The position numbers and the translations under genes were made by a program. Of a stretch of DNA of 64,000 bases, positions 37,006-51,245 are shown piece after piece (the first letter of the stretch is position 1; every line of letters begins with the position of its first letter). Origin of the DNA: Malacoraja senta (Eukaryota); the NCBI GenBank assembly GCA_038087875.1, contig JAXLNO010002112.1, positions 62,001 through 126,000 on the forward strand, given 5' to 3'. The notes beneath the pieces are model-generated. The model was not told where the DNA came from. It did not search any database and saw only the letters and a list, made by a program, of their open reading frames with translations.

Positions 37006-37280
37006 GTAAGTTTAATTTGATAAATGTCTTTCATACTTGTAAACAATTCCCATATCTAACTGTTTTTCTTCTTTGGGGCTCTGTTTTATGCATAGGTTTT
37101 CACATTCCTTCCTGACAGAATAGATGCTACCTTTATTTACAGTTGGATAGTACGGGTGATGCTAAATGCATCTGAGTTTGGGATTATTTTTGTGATGGGA
37201 TTTCTGTTCAAGGGTAGAGCGGGGTGGTAAAATCACCCCTGGTGACCATCGGTGACCTTACTATTGACATTATTTTGCAG

Positions 37281-37839
37281 GTAAACTCGTGTTCAACGAT
37301 GCGCCGAAATCCCCTATCGCTCTGAAAGCCCGCTATATTCTGATCAGGAACGGGGGCGAGTTGCACATCGGAGCGGAAAAATGCCCCTATATTTCCAGCG
37401 CCACTATTACTCTCTACGGAAAGTCGACAGATGCATTAAACGTGGAGCATTTTGGTCAGAAGTTCATTGGCGTGGACAAAGGTGGTGTTTTGGAATTGCA
37501 CGGAAGGAAAACCTTGTCTTGGACATTTTTAGCCCAAACTCTCTACCCCGGTGGCTTGCAGTCTGGGGCTTACCGCTTTGACAGGTACTGGGGCAGCAGG
37601 GGTATCAACATCAGGGTGATAGATGCCGGCACGGCCAAGGTGCTCGCAGCCCACCGTTTCGACACTCACCTCTGGGCGGATGAGAGCAGGCGGCTGCAGG
37701 AGTTCTTACGCCGCCAACCCAGAGGGCGAATAGTGGCCATCGCTGTCGGAGACTCGGCCGCCAGGAGACTGACGCTGTCTGCCAGGAATGACCTGAGCGA
37801 ACTGCTGGGGAGCAAAGAGGCGATGTATCTGGGCTACAG
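37281..37839 (+). CDS. CEMIP2-like: CEMIP2-like exon, G8 + first GG domain
   Basis: ttttgcag|GT, ACAG|gtgagc. Encodes GGELHIGAEKC, SRRLQEFLR and GRIVAIAVGDSAA motifs typical of TMEM2. Confidence 0.95.
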
Positions 37840-38668
37840 GTGAGCCAGCTCGGATCGTGCATGGCCGCACCGCCGCGCTCCCACTGCGTTTTGAGGAATG
37901 TGTTTACATTTTAAATCCAGTTTACTTTCAACAGACAGTAAGACGCGTCCCTGTCGTTTACTGCTTTAATTCAATTCGCGTGCTAGATTAAATCTAATCC
38001 GGTAAACGAGGCTTTCCGTTTGCTCATTTGGGGCGGCAGTTTTTACCCACGTTAATTACCCTCTTACCACTGTTTGCCTGCGTTTATAACTGTGTGACAA
38101 CAAGATGGAGGAAACCAGAGGCCGGGGCATTCCCTATTCCTCACATGCAGTCGGAAACGTTGCTTGACGTGGAAGGTATCGATTATCTTGTCAACTGGGG
38201 TGAGATTTTCAACTCGCAGGTCCTTTAGCAGATTTGGATCAATGCCAAGGGTACACATTCGCTGAAGTATATTTTAATGATTGCAATTGGAACCACCATG
38301 GACAGCTCCCCGGGTCCTTTCTCGGGCGACTGGTCAGATTGGTTGCAAAGTGAGAGTAAAACGCAAAGTGCTGGAGCTACTCAGCGGGTCAGATAACATT
38401 TGTGGAGGGAATGGACAGGAGATGTTTCCTATGGGGACCCTTCCTCGGTTTCCTCCTCCCTCCACCAGCACAATAAGTTTTGCTCAAGATTCCAGCATAT
38501 GCGGTTACCTGTGTCTCTAAAAAAAAAGACCATACTTGAAACCCATAATGTGTATGTTTATATAGTTCAAATTATGTATTCATTTGTTTCATTCAAGCAT
38601 ATTTGCCATTGTAAATCAATCACAGTGGCAGACAATTTCATTATGATCTTTGCCAATCTTGACTTTAG

Positions 38669-38832
38669 GCAACCATGGGCTGCGATTGGAGTTCTTGGTG
38701 AATTGTTTGCTATGGAAGACAAACAACTGTATCAGCCTAATGGGTCAACTGGTATGGCTATAGTAAGAAGAGACTTTCAGACATATGATGGGATTCATTT
38801 CACAGTCACTGCTTTCAGTGAGTGGGTGAGAG
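38669..38832 (+). CDS. CEMIP2-like: CEMIP2-like exon (RQPWAAIG...FSEWVRG)
   Basis: ctttag|G, AGAG|gtaagt; phases 2-1 consistent with neighbours. Confidence 0.93.
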
Positions 38833-40957
38833 GTAAGTCTAATCAGCAGTTTTGTGTTTTTGAGGTTTACATTAGGTCTTTTTTAGGGTCACTACTATAG
38901 TCTGCTAAGAACCATAGACGCATGTAAGCGGAAGGCCATACGATTATAAGACATGGAAGCAGAATTAGGCCATTTGCCCTGTCGAGTTTGCTGAGCCATT
39001 CGATCATAACTGATCTATGTTTCCCTCTCAACCCCCATCTCCTGCCTTCTCCCCATCACCGTTGACACCCTTACTAATCAAAAATCTATCAATTTCCACT
39101 TTAAAAAAATATCTATTGTACAGGTATACCTGATTCTCAATTCTGCCTTTTCTCCCTTCACTGATTAAGTAAAAACATATTTTCTTTGTAGAAGAACACA
39201 AGCATTTATGTAAACAATTGAGAAACGTAATTGAAGATATTCAAAGCCAGGAATAATTGGAATTTATAAAAATAACGAAGGTTGAGGAAAAATATCAAAA
39301 AGGGGGTGGCTTGCTGGGTGTGGTGGATGGGCTGATGGCATCATGCTGTATTTCTTTGATTATAACTATAAGAGTAGAGAGGTTAAAGTTTGGTTATGTA
39401 GAGTATTGGCGAGACTACATCTGGGTACTATGTGCCATATATGTCTCACTTATTTAAGGAAGGATCTATGTTGGAAACAATTCCAAGAAGGTTTACTTGA
39501 AGGATTCCCAGCATTGGTGGGTTGTCTTGTGAGGAAAGTTGGACAAACTAGGCTTGAATCTGCTGGAGAGTAGTAGACTGGGAGGTGACACCACTGGTGC
39601 ATAAGATGACGGAGCGAATATGGTGAAGATGTTTCTGCAGTTGTTATCATTGGGATTTTTGGCAATGTCCTCCACGGTGTAGACAATGCGGGGGGGGGGG
39701 GGGGGGGGGGGATGGTTTGCTGTATCTGTCTTGTTTTCTGACATTAATTTCCCAGCCACATTCTCCAAAGGTACTGTGATGACCTAAACCACATCTTTTA
39801 AAAATATAATCTCCATAGAAAGTTAGTTTTAACATTGTGCGTTTCCCAATAACTCATTTTTGTTCCCTATCTTATGAGAACTTACACCACTGATTACTGA
39901 AAAATTCCAAGTGTAAGAATAGATTGAAAACCAGTTGTTGCACAGAAAACAGATGTAATAAATGATACTTTTTTTCTTGGTTGAATGGATATAACTTTTC
40001 AATTATCCCAGGGATATGCTCTTGGTCCTACGTTAGTCACTATTTATGTTAATGACCTAGAGGCGGGGGTCGGATTTAAGGTATCAAAGTTTGCCATTAA
40101 GACAAAAATAGATCGAAGGGCATCTTGTGATTTGCCTACTTTGGAATTTAGAAGAATGAGGACTGATCCTTATTAAACATAAGATTGGAAGGAGGCGTGA
40201 TATAGAAACACAGAAAATAGGTGCAGGAGTAGGCTCTTCAGCCCATCGAGCCAGCACCACCATTCAAATTGATCATGGCTGATCATCCAAAAGCAGTACC
40301 CTGTTCCTACTTACCCCCCCATATCCCTTGATTCCTTTAGCCCTAAGAGCTAAATCTAACTCTCTTGAAAACATCCAGTGAATTGGTCTCCACGGCCTTC
40401 TGTGACAGAGTGACAGGGTAGATGTCAGTGTGATCACTTGTTGGAGAATAGCTTCAAAATAAAGAGTGAGTCATTTAGAACAGATTTGCATTTAAATTTC
40501 TTCTCTGTGAGAGTGATAAATCTCTGAGATTCACTGACCCAGAGAGTTTTAGCAGCTAGCTCATGACAAGTAGTTCACTTGAAGAGGTAAAGTTTTGGAG
40601 AATTTGAGGGCTCTGGCTATCTGGCACAGAGGAGTTGAGATTTGGTTTTTGGATCGAACATTCTGCATGACATTTCTGAAGCAGTTGTCTACAACTCAAT
40701 AGTTTTTTTCTATTATAAACTAAAAATTCAACACTGAACAGCACACATGTGGTTATAGTGAAATATATCATATGCAGGCTGCTATTGATAACTGGGCTTA
40801 AATTCACATGGATAGTGTTATTCAAACATGTTGGTTGACAGTGTTATTGAACTAGATAAGCTTGGGGAGATAAGAATGAGAACTGACTTGTCACAAGTGA
40901 ATCGGACAGTCATATAGTGCAGGAAAGGAAAGGAAACAAAAAAAGATCATTGTCCAG

Positions 40958-41245
40958 GGTGGCACAGTGGTTACAGCACCATGGACCCAGGTTTAATCCT
41001 GACTATGGGTTGCTGTCTGTACAGATATTGTACATTCTTTCTATGACCGTATGTGTTTTCTCCAGGTGCCTCCCATACTCTAATGTCGTACAGGTTTGTA
41101 GGTTAACTGGCTTTTGGAAATTGTCCTTAGTGTGCAGGATAATCTTAGTGTGTACAGGATGATCGCTGGTAGGCGCAGACTCGGTGGGCTGAAGGGCCTG
41201 TTTCAACGCTGTATCTCTAAAGTCTAAAGCAAAGTCTAAAGTCTA
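40958..41245 (+). mobile_element. HE1-like V-SINE
   Basis: Same organisation as 1775-2066, with a (CTAAAGT)n tail. Confidence 0.8.
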
Positions 41246-41373
41246 ATCATATTGCTGTACCATTCTCCATCTTTAAAGGAAAGCAATTGCATAACGTATT
41301 TTTTCTTTCTAATATTTATTTTCTTAATGTATGCCTTTTGTGCTTTTATAACATTGTGTTATTTATTCCACAG

Positions 41374-41559
41374 GTGTCCCTCACTGTGGCTTTCGTGTGG
41401 ATGTGTCAAATGGTGTTATTCTTAATTTAATGGATGATGCCTCAAGCTGGTTGCCTGGTGATCAAATAGTCATTGCAAGTACTGATTATTCTATGCATCA
41501 GGCAGAAGAATTTGATCTCCTTCCCTGTCCTGGGTGTAATATTTATCAGATTAAAATTG
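41374..41559 (+). CDS. CEMIP2-like: CEMIP2-like exon (GVPHCGFRVDV...ASTDYSMHQAEEF...QIKI)
   Basis: ccacag|GT, ATTG|gtaaga; conserved STDYSMxQAEEF motif. Confidence 0.94.
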
Positions 41560-41843
41560 GTAAGAACTACGAATCTACAATAATTTTGAGTTTATCTCTT
41601 TTTAAAACTTTATCTCAAGGATTCTATGGATCAACACTTCGGATTTCTTTTACTCTGTGGATTTAAATTGTGCAATGCTATTCAAGGTTTATCTGGGGAC
41701 ATTTCTGATATGCAATCTGTTTCCTGTCTTTTTTACTGTAACAATAAATGTAGACTGTATGTTCAGAATTTAAAGTGTAGAAAGCATACTTTATTGATGT
41801 TCAATTTTGCTCAACCAATTTGAATTCCCAACACTGAGGGATT

Positions 41844-42045
41844 AGACACAAAATGCTAGAGTAACACAGGAGGTCAGGCAGCATCTCTGGAGAAAATGAA
41901 TAGGTAACGTTTTGGGTCGCAACCTTTCATCGGACCTGAAATGTTACGTATTCTTTTTCTCCAGAGGAGCTGCTTGACCCATTGAGATACTCCAGCATTT
42001 TGTGTCTATCTGCGGTATAAACCAGCATCTGCAGTTCCTTCCTAC
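41844..42045. mobile_element. Fold-back Penelope pLTR element (diverged)
   Basis: Inverted arms around about 41925; imperfect TSD CTGAG(G/T)GATTAGA. Confidence 0.7.
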
Positions 42046-42269
42046 TTATTCTGAGTGATTAGATATCCTTTCATTTTGCTTCCATGCTGAGCCTTTACCT
42101 GGCTAGATTAGAGTTAGTGATCTCAACAAACGGGAACATTTGAATTGCCTGCACAGATTAACACACAAAAATATATTTTTCCATTGGTAATGAGTATATC
42201 AACACTGAACAAGAGAAGAGTGTTCTCTGATAAACCTAGCATGTTGCACAACTTATAGTTTATTGTTTC

Positions 42270-42397
42270 AGAAGGAACTGCAGATGCTGGAAAATCGAAG
42301 GTAGACAAAAATGCTGGAGAAACTCAGCGGGTGAGGCAGCATCTATGGAGCGAAGGAAATAGGCAACGTTTTGGGCCGAAACCCTTCTTCAGACTGA
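42270..42397 (-). mobile_element. Penelope pLTR with hammerhead motif
   Basis: The minus strand reads CTGAAGA-aGGGTTTCGGCCC-AAAA-CGTTG. Confidence 0.8.
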
Positions 42398-42539
42398 TTA
42401 TAGTGTCTTGTGATAGTTATCATATGATCAGTTTCCTGTGGTAGGTGGATAAATCATCCCTGAGCTTTCTTATTAATGAGATTGACTCCAATGTGTTACC
42501 TGGTGCACAAGGTTGCAGAGAGGTTTACCTTGTCAGAAG

Positions 42540-42900
42540 TGTTTGTATCCTTTCCATGTCCACTCTATCTAAGCCTTTCAATATTCAGGAGGTTTCAACG
42601 TGATTTCCCCCCTCCCCCGTCCTTCTAAACTCCAGCAAATACAGGCCCAGTACCTTCAAATGCTCCTCATACATTAATCCAATCGTCCCCGGGATCATTC
42701 TTGTAAACCTCCTCTGGACCCTCTCCAACGCAAACACATCCTTCCTCAGATGTGGGGCCAAACAGCTCATAATATTCCAAATGTGGCTTCACACCACCTT
42801 ATAAAGCCTCAGCAATACATCCTTGCTTTTATATTCTGGTCCCCTCAAAATGAATGCATTGCATTAGCTTTCCTTACCGCTGACTCAACCTGCAAATTAC
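42540..42900 (-). mobile_element. CR1 LINE fragment
   Basis: APHLRKDVFALERVQRRFTRMIPG motif. Confidence 0.85.
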
Positions 42901-44454
42901 TCAGAGTCTCAGAATAAGGAGATGCATATTTAAAACAGAGGTGAGCCTCTTGCCACAGAGAACTGAGAGCAGAGTCCTTCGGGTGTATTTACTGTAATGT
43001 TAGAATTTGTTGATGAAGAGACGGCAGCATAGATTTAGGAAATCTTGGATCAGTCCTGAACCTTTTCAATGACAAAGCGGACTTTGGAGGGTGGGGAAGG
43101 CGGAGGGGGGAGCTGAATAGTCTACTACTATAGTTGCTGATGGTCAAGCATGAAAGTTAAAATACCAACCCTCCTCCCCCTAAAAAAACCCATCCTGTAT
43201 TTCCTAAATGCTTGTTAAATATCTGCATGTTATTTCTACCATTTCCCAGCTGCCCCCTGGGATCTCAGACTTCCCCTCTGGAGTCTTAAATCTGTCTACG
43301 CTTATTAACTCTAGCTGTGAAGTCACCACCTACTGCTTGCTACTTGTTACAGCCTCTTACATTAACTTCATTTCATTCCTTGATCACCAAGATTATATTC
43401 CTACCTGCTATTTTTCTTTTGCTTCTGTGGATCACGTACTTTTAGTTCCTGCTCTCATTCTTGCAAATTTGCCTCCATTATGATTTGACCTCCAAATTTA
43501 AATTTCAGCCAGCAATTAATTTGTTAATTTCATCCACTTTGCTTCTTATTCTATGCTTTTTTAAAAATAATGCTTATTTGGATTGCACACTTTTAGTGTT
43601 TTATCATTAATTGTTTTCATTCTTAGCATACTTTCTAGTCTACGTTTATTTTTAACCTGCAGTGCCTAGAAGCACCACCTCTAATTCTCAGCTAACTTCC
43701 CTGAGGATTTGGATCAATTTTTATTACTAACACTACATGGGTCATTAAAATGTCATGAGTATGTGCAAAAGATCAATAGCAATTTATACATTCTAGTTGA
43801 TATTTAACTCGAGGGAACTGCAGCACAAGGCAAAGGAAGTTGTGCTGCAGTTTTCCAAAGCCTTGATTTGACTGCAGCTGACTACCCCTCTCTTGGTAAA
43901 AACAAAGTGCAGTTCAAATTTGCATGATGTGTTAAATATAGATAAATGTTTGCTCAGACTTGGATTGCATTCCCTGAAACTGAAGGATAAGGAGTGATTA
44001 AATTAAAATGTTAAGATGTTGGGCACCAAGGATAGAAAGAGGAGATATCTGTGATGATTGGGAAATCTAAGTTTAATACATATAATCTAAAAATTAGACC
44101 CAAGCATTTCAAATTTGACCACTTCTGCATTTAAATTATGGTAGAAATCTTTTAACTTTATCCATAAGGATTATTGCTTGATCAGTTGTTAAATTAAAAT
44201 CTGAAATGGATAGATTTTTGTTTCTAAAAGTAATGGAGAGAAAATAGACTGAATAACTTGAACTTTTTCCAATATTCCTAAAGTTATTGACTGTAGTAAA
44301 GTTGATTGGCATCAAATCAACACTTGTTGAGTTGTTCTCTGTACTCTTTACAATCTGCTGTAATCATTGGGGCTTTTCAAATAAATGTCTTAAGTTGCTG
44401 GTGATATGCCATTTCAATGAGTGGGTAGTTTTGAAAAATAATCTTTCATCATAG

Positions 44455-44624
44455 GCAAGCCACGTTATCTCCATATGGGTGAAATTGTAGATGGAATAGA
44501 CATGAGGGCTGAAGTTGGACTTCTAAGTAGAAACATCCTCATAAAAGGAGAAATGGAGGACTCCTGTTACGGACAAAACTTCTGCCACTTCTTTAGCTAC
44601 GATACATTTGGTGGACAGATAAAG
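44455..44624 (+). CDS. CEMIP2-like: CEMIP2-like exon (GKPRYLHMGE...DMRAEVGLLSRN...DTFGGQIK)
   Basis: catag|GC, AAG|gtaagc; family motif DMRAEVG. Confidence 0.94.
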
Positions 44625-45340
44625 GTAAGCATTGTTATTGAAGGTCTTTCAGCATTGTTTAGATAATATTAATTAGAGGTAAAGCAAATCATGTATATTT
44701 GGTCTCTGGCCAAAATACACACTGTTTATTGTGCCTTGTGGATTTTTCAAAATTGATTTAGGGTGAGAGGGAGGAAATTTCAGTAGGATGAAAAAGGTGT
44801 TTTTTTTCCCACAGAGGGATTGAATGAGCTGCCAAAAGTGGTAGAGACAGAAAAAAAATCACAATGTTTAAAGAAGCCATTGGGTGGGCACTTCGATAGA
44901 AGGAGTAGAGCCTAATGCAGGCAAATGGGATTAGTATAGATTGTGTCACACTTGGTATGGATGAGTTGGGCTGAGGTGTCCTTTTCTGTGTTGTACTGTT
45001 CTATGGCACTAAATGGCAGGAAAATGGTGCAGTGAACCTACTGTCAACTTTCTGCTTTTCCTAGATTGGCAATGGCTTCCCAACCAATGCCCTGCCCCCC
45101 CCCCTTCAAAGCCATACAGAGTGGTTTAAAGCTCTGTCTTCTGTTCTACTTCTATCTAGAGTAAGTGTCTTAGGAATTTGAGGAAATTTCTGTCATGCCA
45201 GAATATTTCAACTTTTGTAGACTGTATTTTTCTTGAACATACCAATCTCTCCATGACTCGAGTGTATTTTCAAAGATTTGGTTCTCAAATCTATCTCAAG
45301 TACATAGGGAAGAACTAATTTCATTACCTTGGCTTGGCAG

Positions 45341-45550
45341 ATCCTAAGAAACTTTGCCTCGGTTCACTTGTCTGGCGTAGAATTGACGAACATGGGCCAG
45401 CAGATACTTGGGAGTTACCCAGTACACTTACACCTGGCTGGAGATGTGGATCGGAAAGGCGGCTACAATCCGCCAACTTATGTGGACAACCTATCCATAC
45501 ATCACTGTTTCTCGCGATGTGTGGCTATACATAGAACAAATGGTTTGCTG
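45341..45550 (+). CDS. CEMIP2-like: CEMIP2-like exon (ILRNFASVHL...SIHHCFSRC...NGLL)
   Basis: ggcag|ATC, CTG|gtacgt; 210 nt, phase 0-0. Confidence 0.94.
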
Positions 45551-45911
45551 GTACGTGTATCATTCCACCCGACTCTCTAATTTTAACCAAACTAATTCAT
45601 CAGCACATTCTACATGTTTTCTCATATGTGTAACCAGCAAATGCTAATGGCAGATTCGGTGAGTATGATATGCACAGTTACTCCTTCAGACCCTATTTGG
45701 TGCATTGTGATATATGAAAGCAAAATGTTCTACTCTTTTTGTTAAAACTTGCCCTCCATCCACCTCCATCCCAAAACATTGTGAACATTGCACTATTTTC
45801 CACAGTTTATTTAAATAGGGAATATTCTTAAATTTCCAATTCTAACCAATCAAAACTGAATTTTTGAGCTAATTTTTCTGAATTATCCTGGAGCAGATGT
45901 TTTAACAACAA

Positions 45912-46430
45912 TTTGAGGAAGGACATTCTTGCTGTGGAGGGAGTGCAGCGTAGGTTCACGACGTTAATTCCCAGGATGGCGGGACTGTCATGATGAAAGA
46001 ATGGAGCGACTGGGCTTGTATTCACGGGAATTTAGAAGGATGAGAGGGGATCTTATAGAAGCATATCAAATTATTAAGGGATTGGACACGCTAGATGCAG
46101 GAAACTTGTTCCCGATGTTGGGGGAGTTCAGAACCAGGGGCCACAGTTTAAGAATAAGGGGTAGGCTATTTAGAACTGAGATGAGGAAAAACTTTTTCAC
46201 CCAGAGAGTTGTGAATTTGTGGAATTCTCTGCCTCAGAAGGCAGTGGAGGCCAATTCACTGGATGCATTCAAACGAGTTAGATAGAGCTCTTAGGGCTAG
46301 CGGAATCAAGGGATATGGGGAGAAGGCAGGAACGGGGTACTGATTGTGGATGATCAGCCATGATCACATTGAATGGCAGTGCTAGCTCGAAGGGCCGAAT
46401 GGCCAACTCCTGCACCTATTTTCTATGTAT
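45912..46430 (+). mobile_element. CR1 LINE 3' end (young)
   Basis: RLGLYSREFRRMRGDLIE...FFTQRVVNLWNSLPQ plus 3' UTR. Confidence 0.9.
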
Positions 46431-47216
46431 CTAAACAACAAACCTGGTCTCATCTAATTAGATATTCTATTCATTCCTCCCTCCCTCCCTCCAGCTTCTT
46501 AACTTAAAATGAACCATTTTAACTCTTTCCCAGTTCTGAACAAGGATCTCAGACCTAAAATATTCACTCTTTATGCAGATTCTGAGAATGCTATTGTTTT
46601 TCAATTTTTTTTATTTGTAGTTTTTAACAGTAGACGGAGTAAATCGGAATTTCAACTATTTCATTAATTTCAATGGTGAAGAAAATTTGGGTTTACATTT
46701 GTGATCACTGTATTTGTGCTGCAGATTAAATCAACATTTATACCTCCATATGTTCTCAAACTGCTGTGCTTGAAGCCATACTGTACCTTGGTACTGGTGA
46801 CAATAAAACTAAACTAAATACTGGGAGTGTACCCAGAGCTCTGGATAAATGATCATTTGAGGCTTGTTACATCTTGTGCAAACTGCCTTGTTAAGCTTGA
46901 ATGGGTTACAGAGGGCGTTTTCCTAAAAATGCAGAGAATTACATGTTGACAAGGAGACTGATCATTTGAGAACTATGTTGATTTACATTCATTGCTCCAT
47001 TCTAAACAAACATAGTGCGTGCCTTTGCCCAATACGCCATGACTTTCAACTGGCTAGCTTACACTGATATCAAATGTACATACAAATTGGAAGAAGTAAG
47101 CTATTTGGCTCCCCTCAGCTTGCTGTGCCATTTAATAAAATTGTAGCCAATGCATCCTTAATTTTATTTATTTTATGTTTATTTCCCTAATTCAATCTAA
47201 TCTTTTAATTCTATAG

Positions 47217-47422
47217 GTCAAAGATACAATAGGGTATGACACGCTTGGACATTGTTTCTTCCTGGAGGATGGTGTGGAGCAGAGAAACATACTGTATCAC
47301 AACCTGGGTCTCCTTACCAAGCCAGGCACCATCCTCCCTTCTGACCGCAATGAAATTATGTGCATTTCAATCCGTAATCAAGTTTGTGGAAATTATATTC
47401 CCATACCAAGTAATGACTGCAT
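47217..47422 (+). CDS. CEMIP2-like: CEMIP2-like exon, PbH1 region (VKDTIGYDTLGHCFFLEDGVEQRN...NDCM)
   Basis: ctatag|GTC, GCAT|gtaagt. Translated by hand; this frame is not in the ORF track. Confidence 0.94.
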
Positions 47423-47729
47423 GTAAGTTAAACTTGGAATTTCTCCCATTGTTTGAGTCACTATATTGGCACATTTTCTGGTCATTTCTGATTAGAAAAA
47501 GATTCAATGTAAAATGAGGGGATATCAGTCTATCATGGAAAGTGAAATACAAGCACTTCAAGTATGAAGATTTTGACCATCATTCATATAATTACTGACT
47601 CAATGGCACAACCTCAGATCAGACGAGATGAGCCCATGTTTACATGTGAACCGACTGCAAAATATCCATGCATGCATATCTCAATATAAAAATCCCAAGG
47701 TTGCTGCAGGCAGTTCACCACCGATAACA

Positions 47730-48300
47730 CTATATAGAACAATATAACACAGGAACAGGCCCTTTAGCCCATGCAGACCACGTTGCCAATCTAAACTAAT
47801 CCCACGTACCTGCATATCGTTCCATATCCCTCTGTACGCCAACCAGTTCATGTATCTGTCCAAATGGTTCTTAAACATTGCTGTGGTATCTTCTATCATC
47901 TCCTCTTGCTATTCATTCCAGGCACCTACCCTCTTCCTCACGTTTCCTTTTAAACTTTCACCTTTCACCCATGCCCTCTAGTATTCAACATCTTTACCTT
48001 GTGCAACCTCTCCTTATAACTAATACGCTCCAATCCAGCCAACATCCTGGTGAACCTCTTCTGTACCCTCTCCTAAGCCTTCTTGTCCTTCCTATAGTGT
48101 GGTGGTCGGAACTGCACAAAATATTCCAACATTTAGCGTAAAAAATGTTATATAGCTGTAACATGACTTGTCAACTTTTATACTCAATGCCCCAATTGAT
48201 GAAAGCAAATCTTCTTTGCCATCCTCTCCACTTGTGTTGCCACTTTCAGGAGCTATGAACCTGCTACTCAAGATCCCTCTGTTCATTATTGCCCCTTAGG
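47730..48300 (-). mobile_element. CR1 LINE fragment
   Basis: MFKNHLDRYM motif and CR1 tail. Confidence 0.7.
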
Positions 48301-51059
48301 GGCATTCACTGTACGCTTCCCTCTTGCATTTGACTTTACTTTTGTGATGTCCTCCCAAATCAATATGCAATCCCCCCGACCTCTTATAGATCCCTCTCTA
48401 AAACATCTATGCCCTGGAATGTTAAGCTGCCACTGCAGCTCTTCTTTTAGCCAAGTTTCTGTAATGGCTGCAAAATTGTATTTCCATGTATTAATTCAAG
48501 CTCGAAGCACATCTGCCTTGCCCATTATGAACGATCTTGACCTGAAACATTGACTATCCATGTCCTTCCATGGATATTACCTGAGCCGTTGAGTTCCTCC
48601 ACCTGCTCTCCATTTTCTTATTTACCTAATAACTCCCCGCATTAAAACAAATATACTTCATACCATCTTTCCTATCATGTTCATGATCTTGGACATCCCT
48701 GTTTTTCTTGACTTGCTTGACTTAATCTCCACCCTCTCCTCAATCATTCCACCTGTTGATCTACTGCTCAGAGCCCAGTTTAAACCCCACTCCCCACCAA
48801 GCAGCACTAGCAACCCTCCCTGAAAACATTGATTTCCCCTGGTGGGAACTTAGTAATGTGCAATTTAGGATGTTTTTGTTAATTCAGTCGATCTTTCTGA
48901 GAATTTCTCATAAAATATCTAATTGGCCTATTAATTTATATTTTAAAATGCTTAAAAGTATTTTTCAGTTAAGCTTCTAACAATATGTTTTGAACCTGTT
49001 TGATATTTCTGGCTAAGTCTTATGTTCCACTGAATGCATCTTGAAAAGCTGAAGGCCCCTTTTGAAGTGTAGGGGCTCTTCACCAAGAATATTTCCAGTA
49101 GTATTTGCAGGTTCCCATTGAGGATTTACTGAGTTTAGAATATTTACTTAGGTTGAAAGCAAGCTGACAGCTCCAGCTGCTGACTACAAAATGTGTCCCA
49201 TTGTAGCTAGAAATTTATAAATGAAGAAGCTGTTTAATTTTAAATGATGACGTGCATCTTCCTCCAATGTGTAAGGATCTGATTGTAATTTGAAAAAAAA
49301 AAACTTTGGGCAAATGTAATTGCCTGATGCTGTCATTCTTCTCTTTCCTAGGATGGTGTGAGTTTCATGAGCAGAGATAATTATAATGTTTTGCATAACC
49401 TATGTACCCAAAATTGAGAAACATAAGTCTGCAGATACTGGAAATCTGAAAGAAATGCTGAAAGTACCCAGCAGATCAGGCAGTATCTATGGAGAGAGGA
49501 AAATATGTTTCGGAGCAAATCATTCCCATAAGCTAAAATCCAACAAGCTTTGTCTACACAAGGAACATCAACCTGTGTAGGTTGGTCAAACATAAACTTT
49601 GTTTTTCTCTCTCCATAGATGCTTTCTTACCACTTGAATATTTCTAATATTTTTTTGTTGCTAGGCCAATTGCATTTCATGCAATTTTTGTAATTTGAAT
49701 CGGTTGCTCTATTTTCTGGGTATGAGAATAGAAAGAATTTCAGACCTATTTATATTCTGGGATCCCCGATTAAATGTATTTATACAGGAAATATATTTGC
49801 TATATTTATGGAATGGCTTATTTGTGATGTGGCACGGCGGTAGAGTTGCAATGTCAGAAACCCAGGTTTGATCCTGACTACAGGTGTTGTCTGTACAGAG
49901 TATGTACATTCTCCCTGTGACAACGTGGGTTTCCTCCCATATTCCAAAGACGTCCAGGCGACAACCACTAGTTTGTCATTATAAAAAAAAAAATCTATTT
50001 TATTCATCATTGTTATATTCATGGTGGATGTCATTCTACCATGCCTGGTCAGGTCGACTGTGACTCTAGAATCAAGCAATCTGATGATCCTTTGAAATGG
50101 TCCAGCAAAGATCATGGTCATATCAAGGGAGCAGAAAGAATGTCGGGGAAGTGGGTGGATATCTAGAATCAGTGCATTAGTGTGTGTGCGGAGAGTGGGG
50201 AGAGTTGGATAGAATAATAAGGTTGCAATCGGTTTGGAAGATTAAGGTTGAATTGTTATGATGTGAGGGGGATGTTGGTGCCATCGATATTGCAGGGTTT
50301 GGCGATAGGGGGGGTCTGAAGGACACCTGGAACAAGGGTTAAGTTTCTAACACGGGGAATCTACCTGCAGCTGGTTTTCAGCACTGGATCCTTCGGGCTA
50401 AATCCCTTAAGTATTATTGAAGCAGGTCTCATATTGTTCTGCTCTTGCATGAGTGGTTTTTACTGTCTGCAGGCTACACAGTGCAAATGAATTGATTGAG
50501 TTGGGGTGCAGATCTAGTTTGGAAACTTCATGTGCTCAGACACACAGAAGAGTCTGAAGCCAAAGTTATTTTGAAATGAATGTAAGAAGCTGTTGCTTTT
50601 CCAGTTCAGAATTCTATTTGGTATTGCACATACATTGTGTTGCACAGTAGAATTGTTGGATGTCATATTTTAATTTATTCTTCCAAAGTCTCCAAGACTA
50701 CATATACAGTAACAAGACTAATTCTGTAGACTATGCAATGCGTTGAGGGAAAATCCAGAATGTGTTCCAACAGCCCAGTCTTGGCCACATGTTTCATTTG
50801 CAAGTGTTTTGTGGGGTTACCATGGATTATTGAAAATTCATACTAAATGGAACAAGATAAAGAGCAGTTGTCTGTCCATCCGTTCAATAATGTAGATTAT
50901 AAATATTACGATTACATGCAATTATTAATCACATTTCCACACTAATTTTCCCTGTCACCCACATCCCCATCAAATGCTCCTTCATCCCATCACATCTCCC
51001 CATCTCTCACCCCCTCCCCACCTCCATCACCCCGCCCAACATGCTTGGGCTACTAAAAA

Positions 51060-51245
51060 AAGACACAAAGTACTGGTGTAACTGAGCAGGTCAGGCAGCA
51101 TCTCTGAAGGACATGGAGTACTGATGTTTTGGGTCGGGACCCTTCTTCAGACTTATACATGTCAGCGAGAGATGCTGCCTGACCCACTGAGTTACTCCGG
51201 CATTTGTATTTTTTTTTGTAAGCCACCATCTATTGTTCCTTGTGT
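51060..51245. mobile_element. Fold-back Penelope pLTR element
   Basis: Minus-strand hammerhead motif at 51121-51152 and an inverted second arm. Confidence 0.7.
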
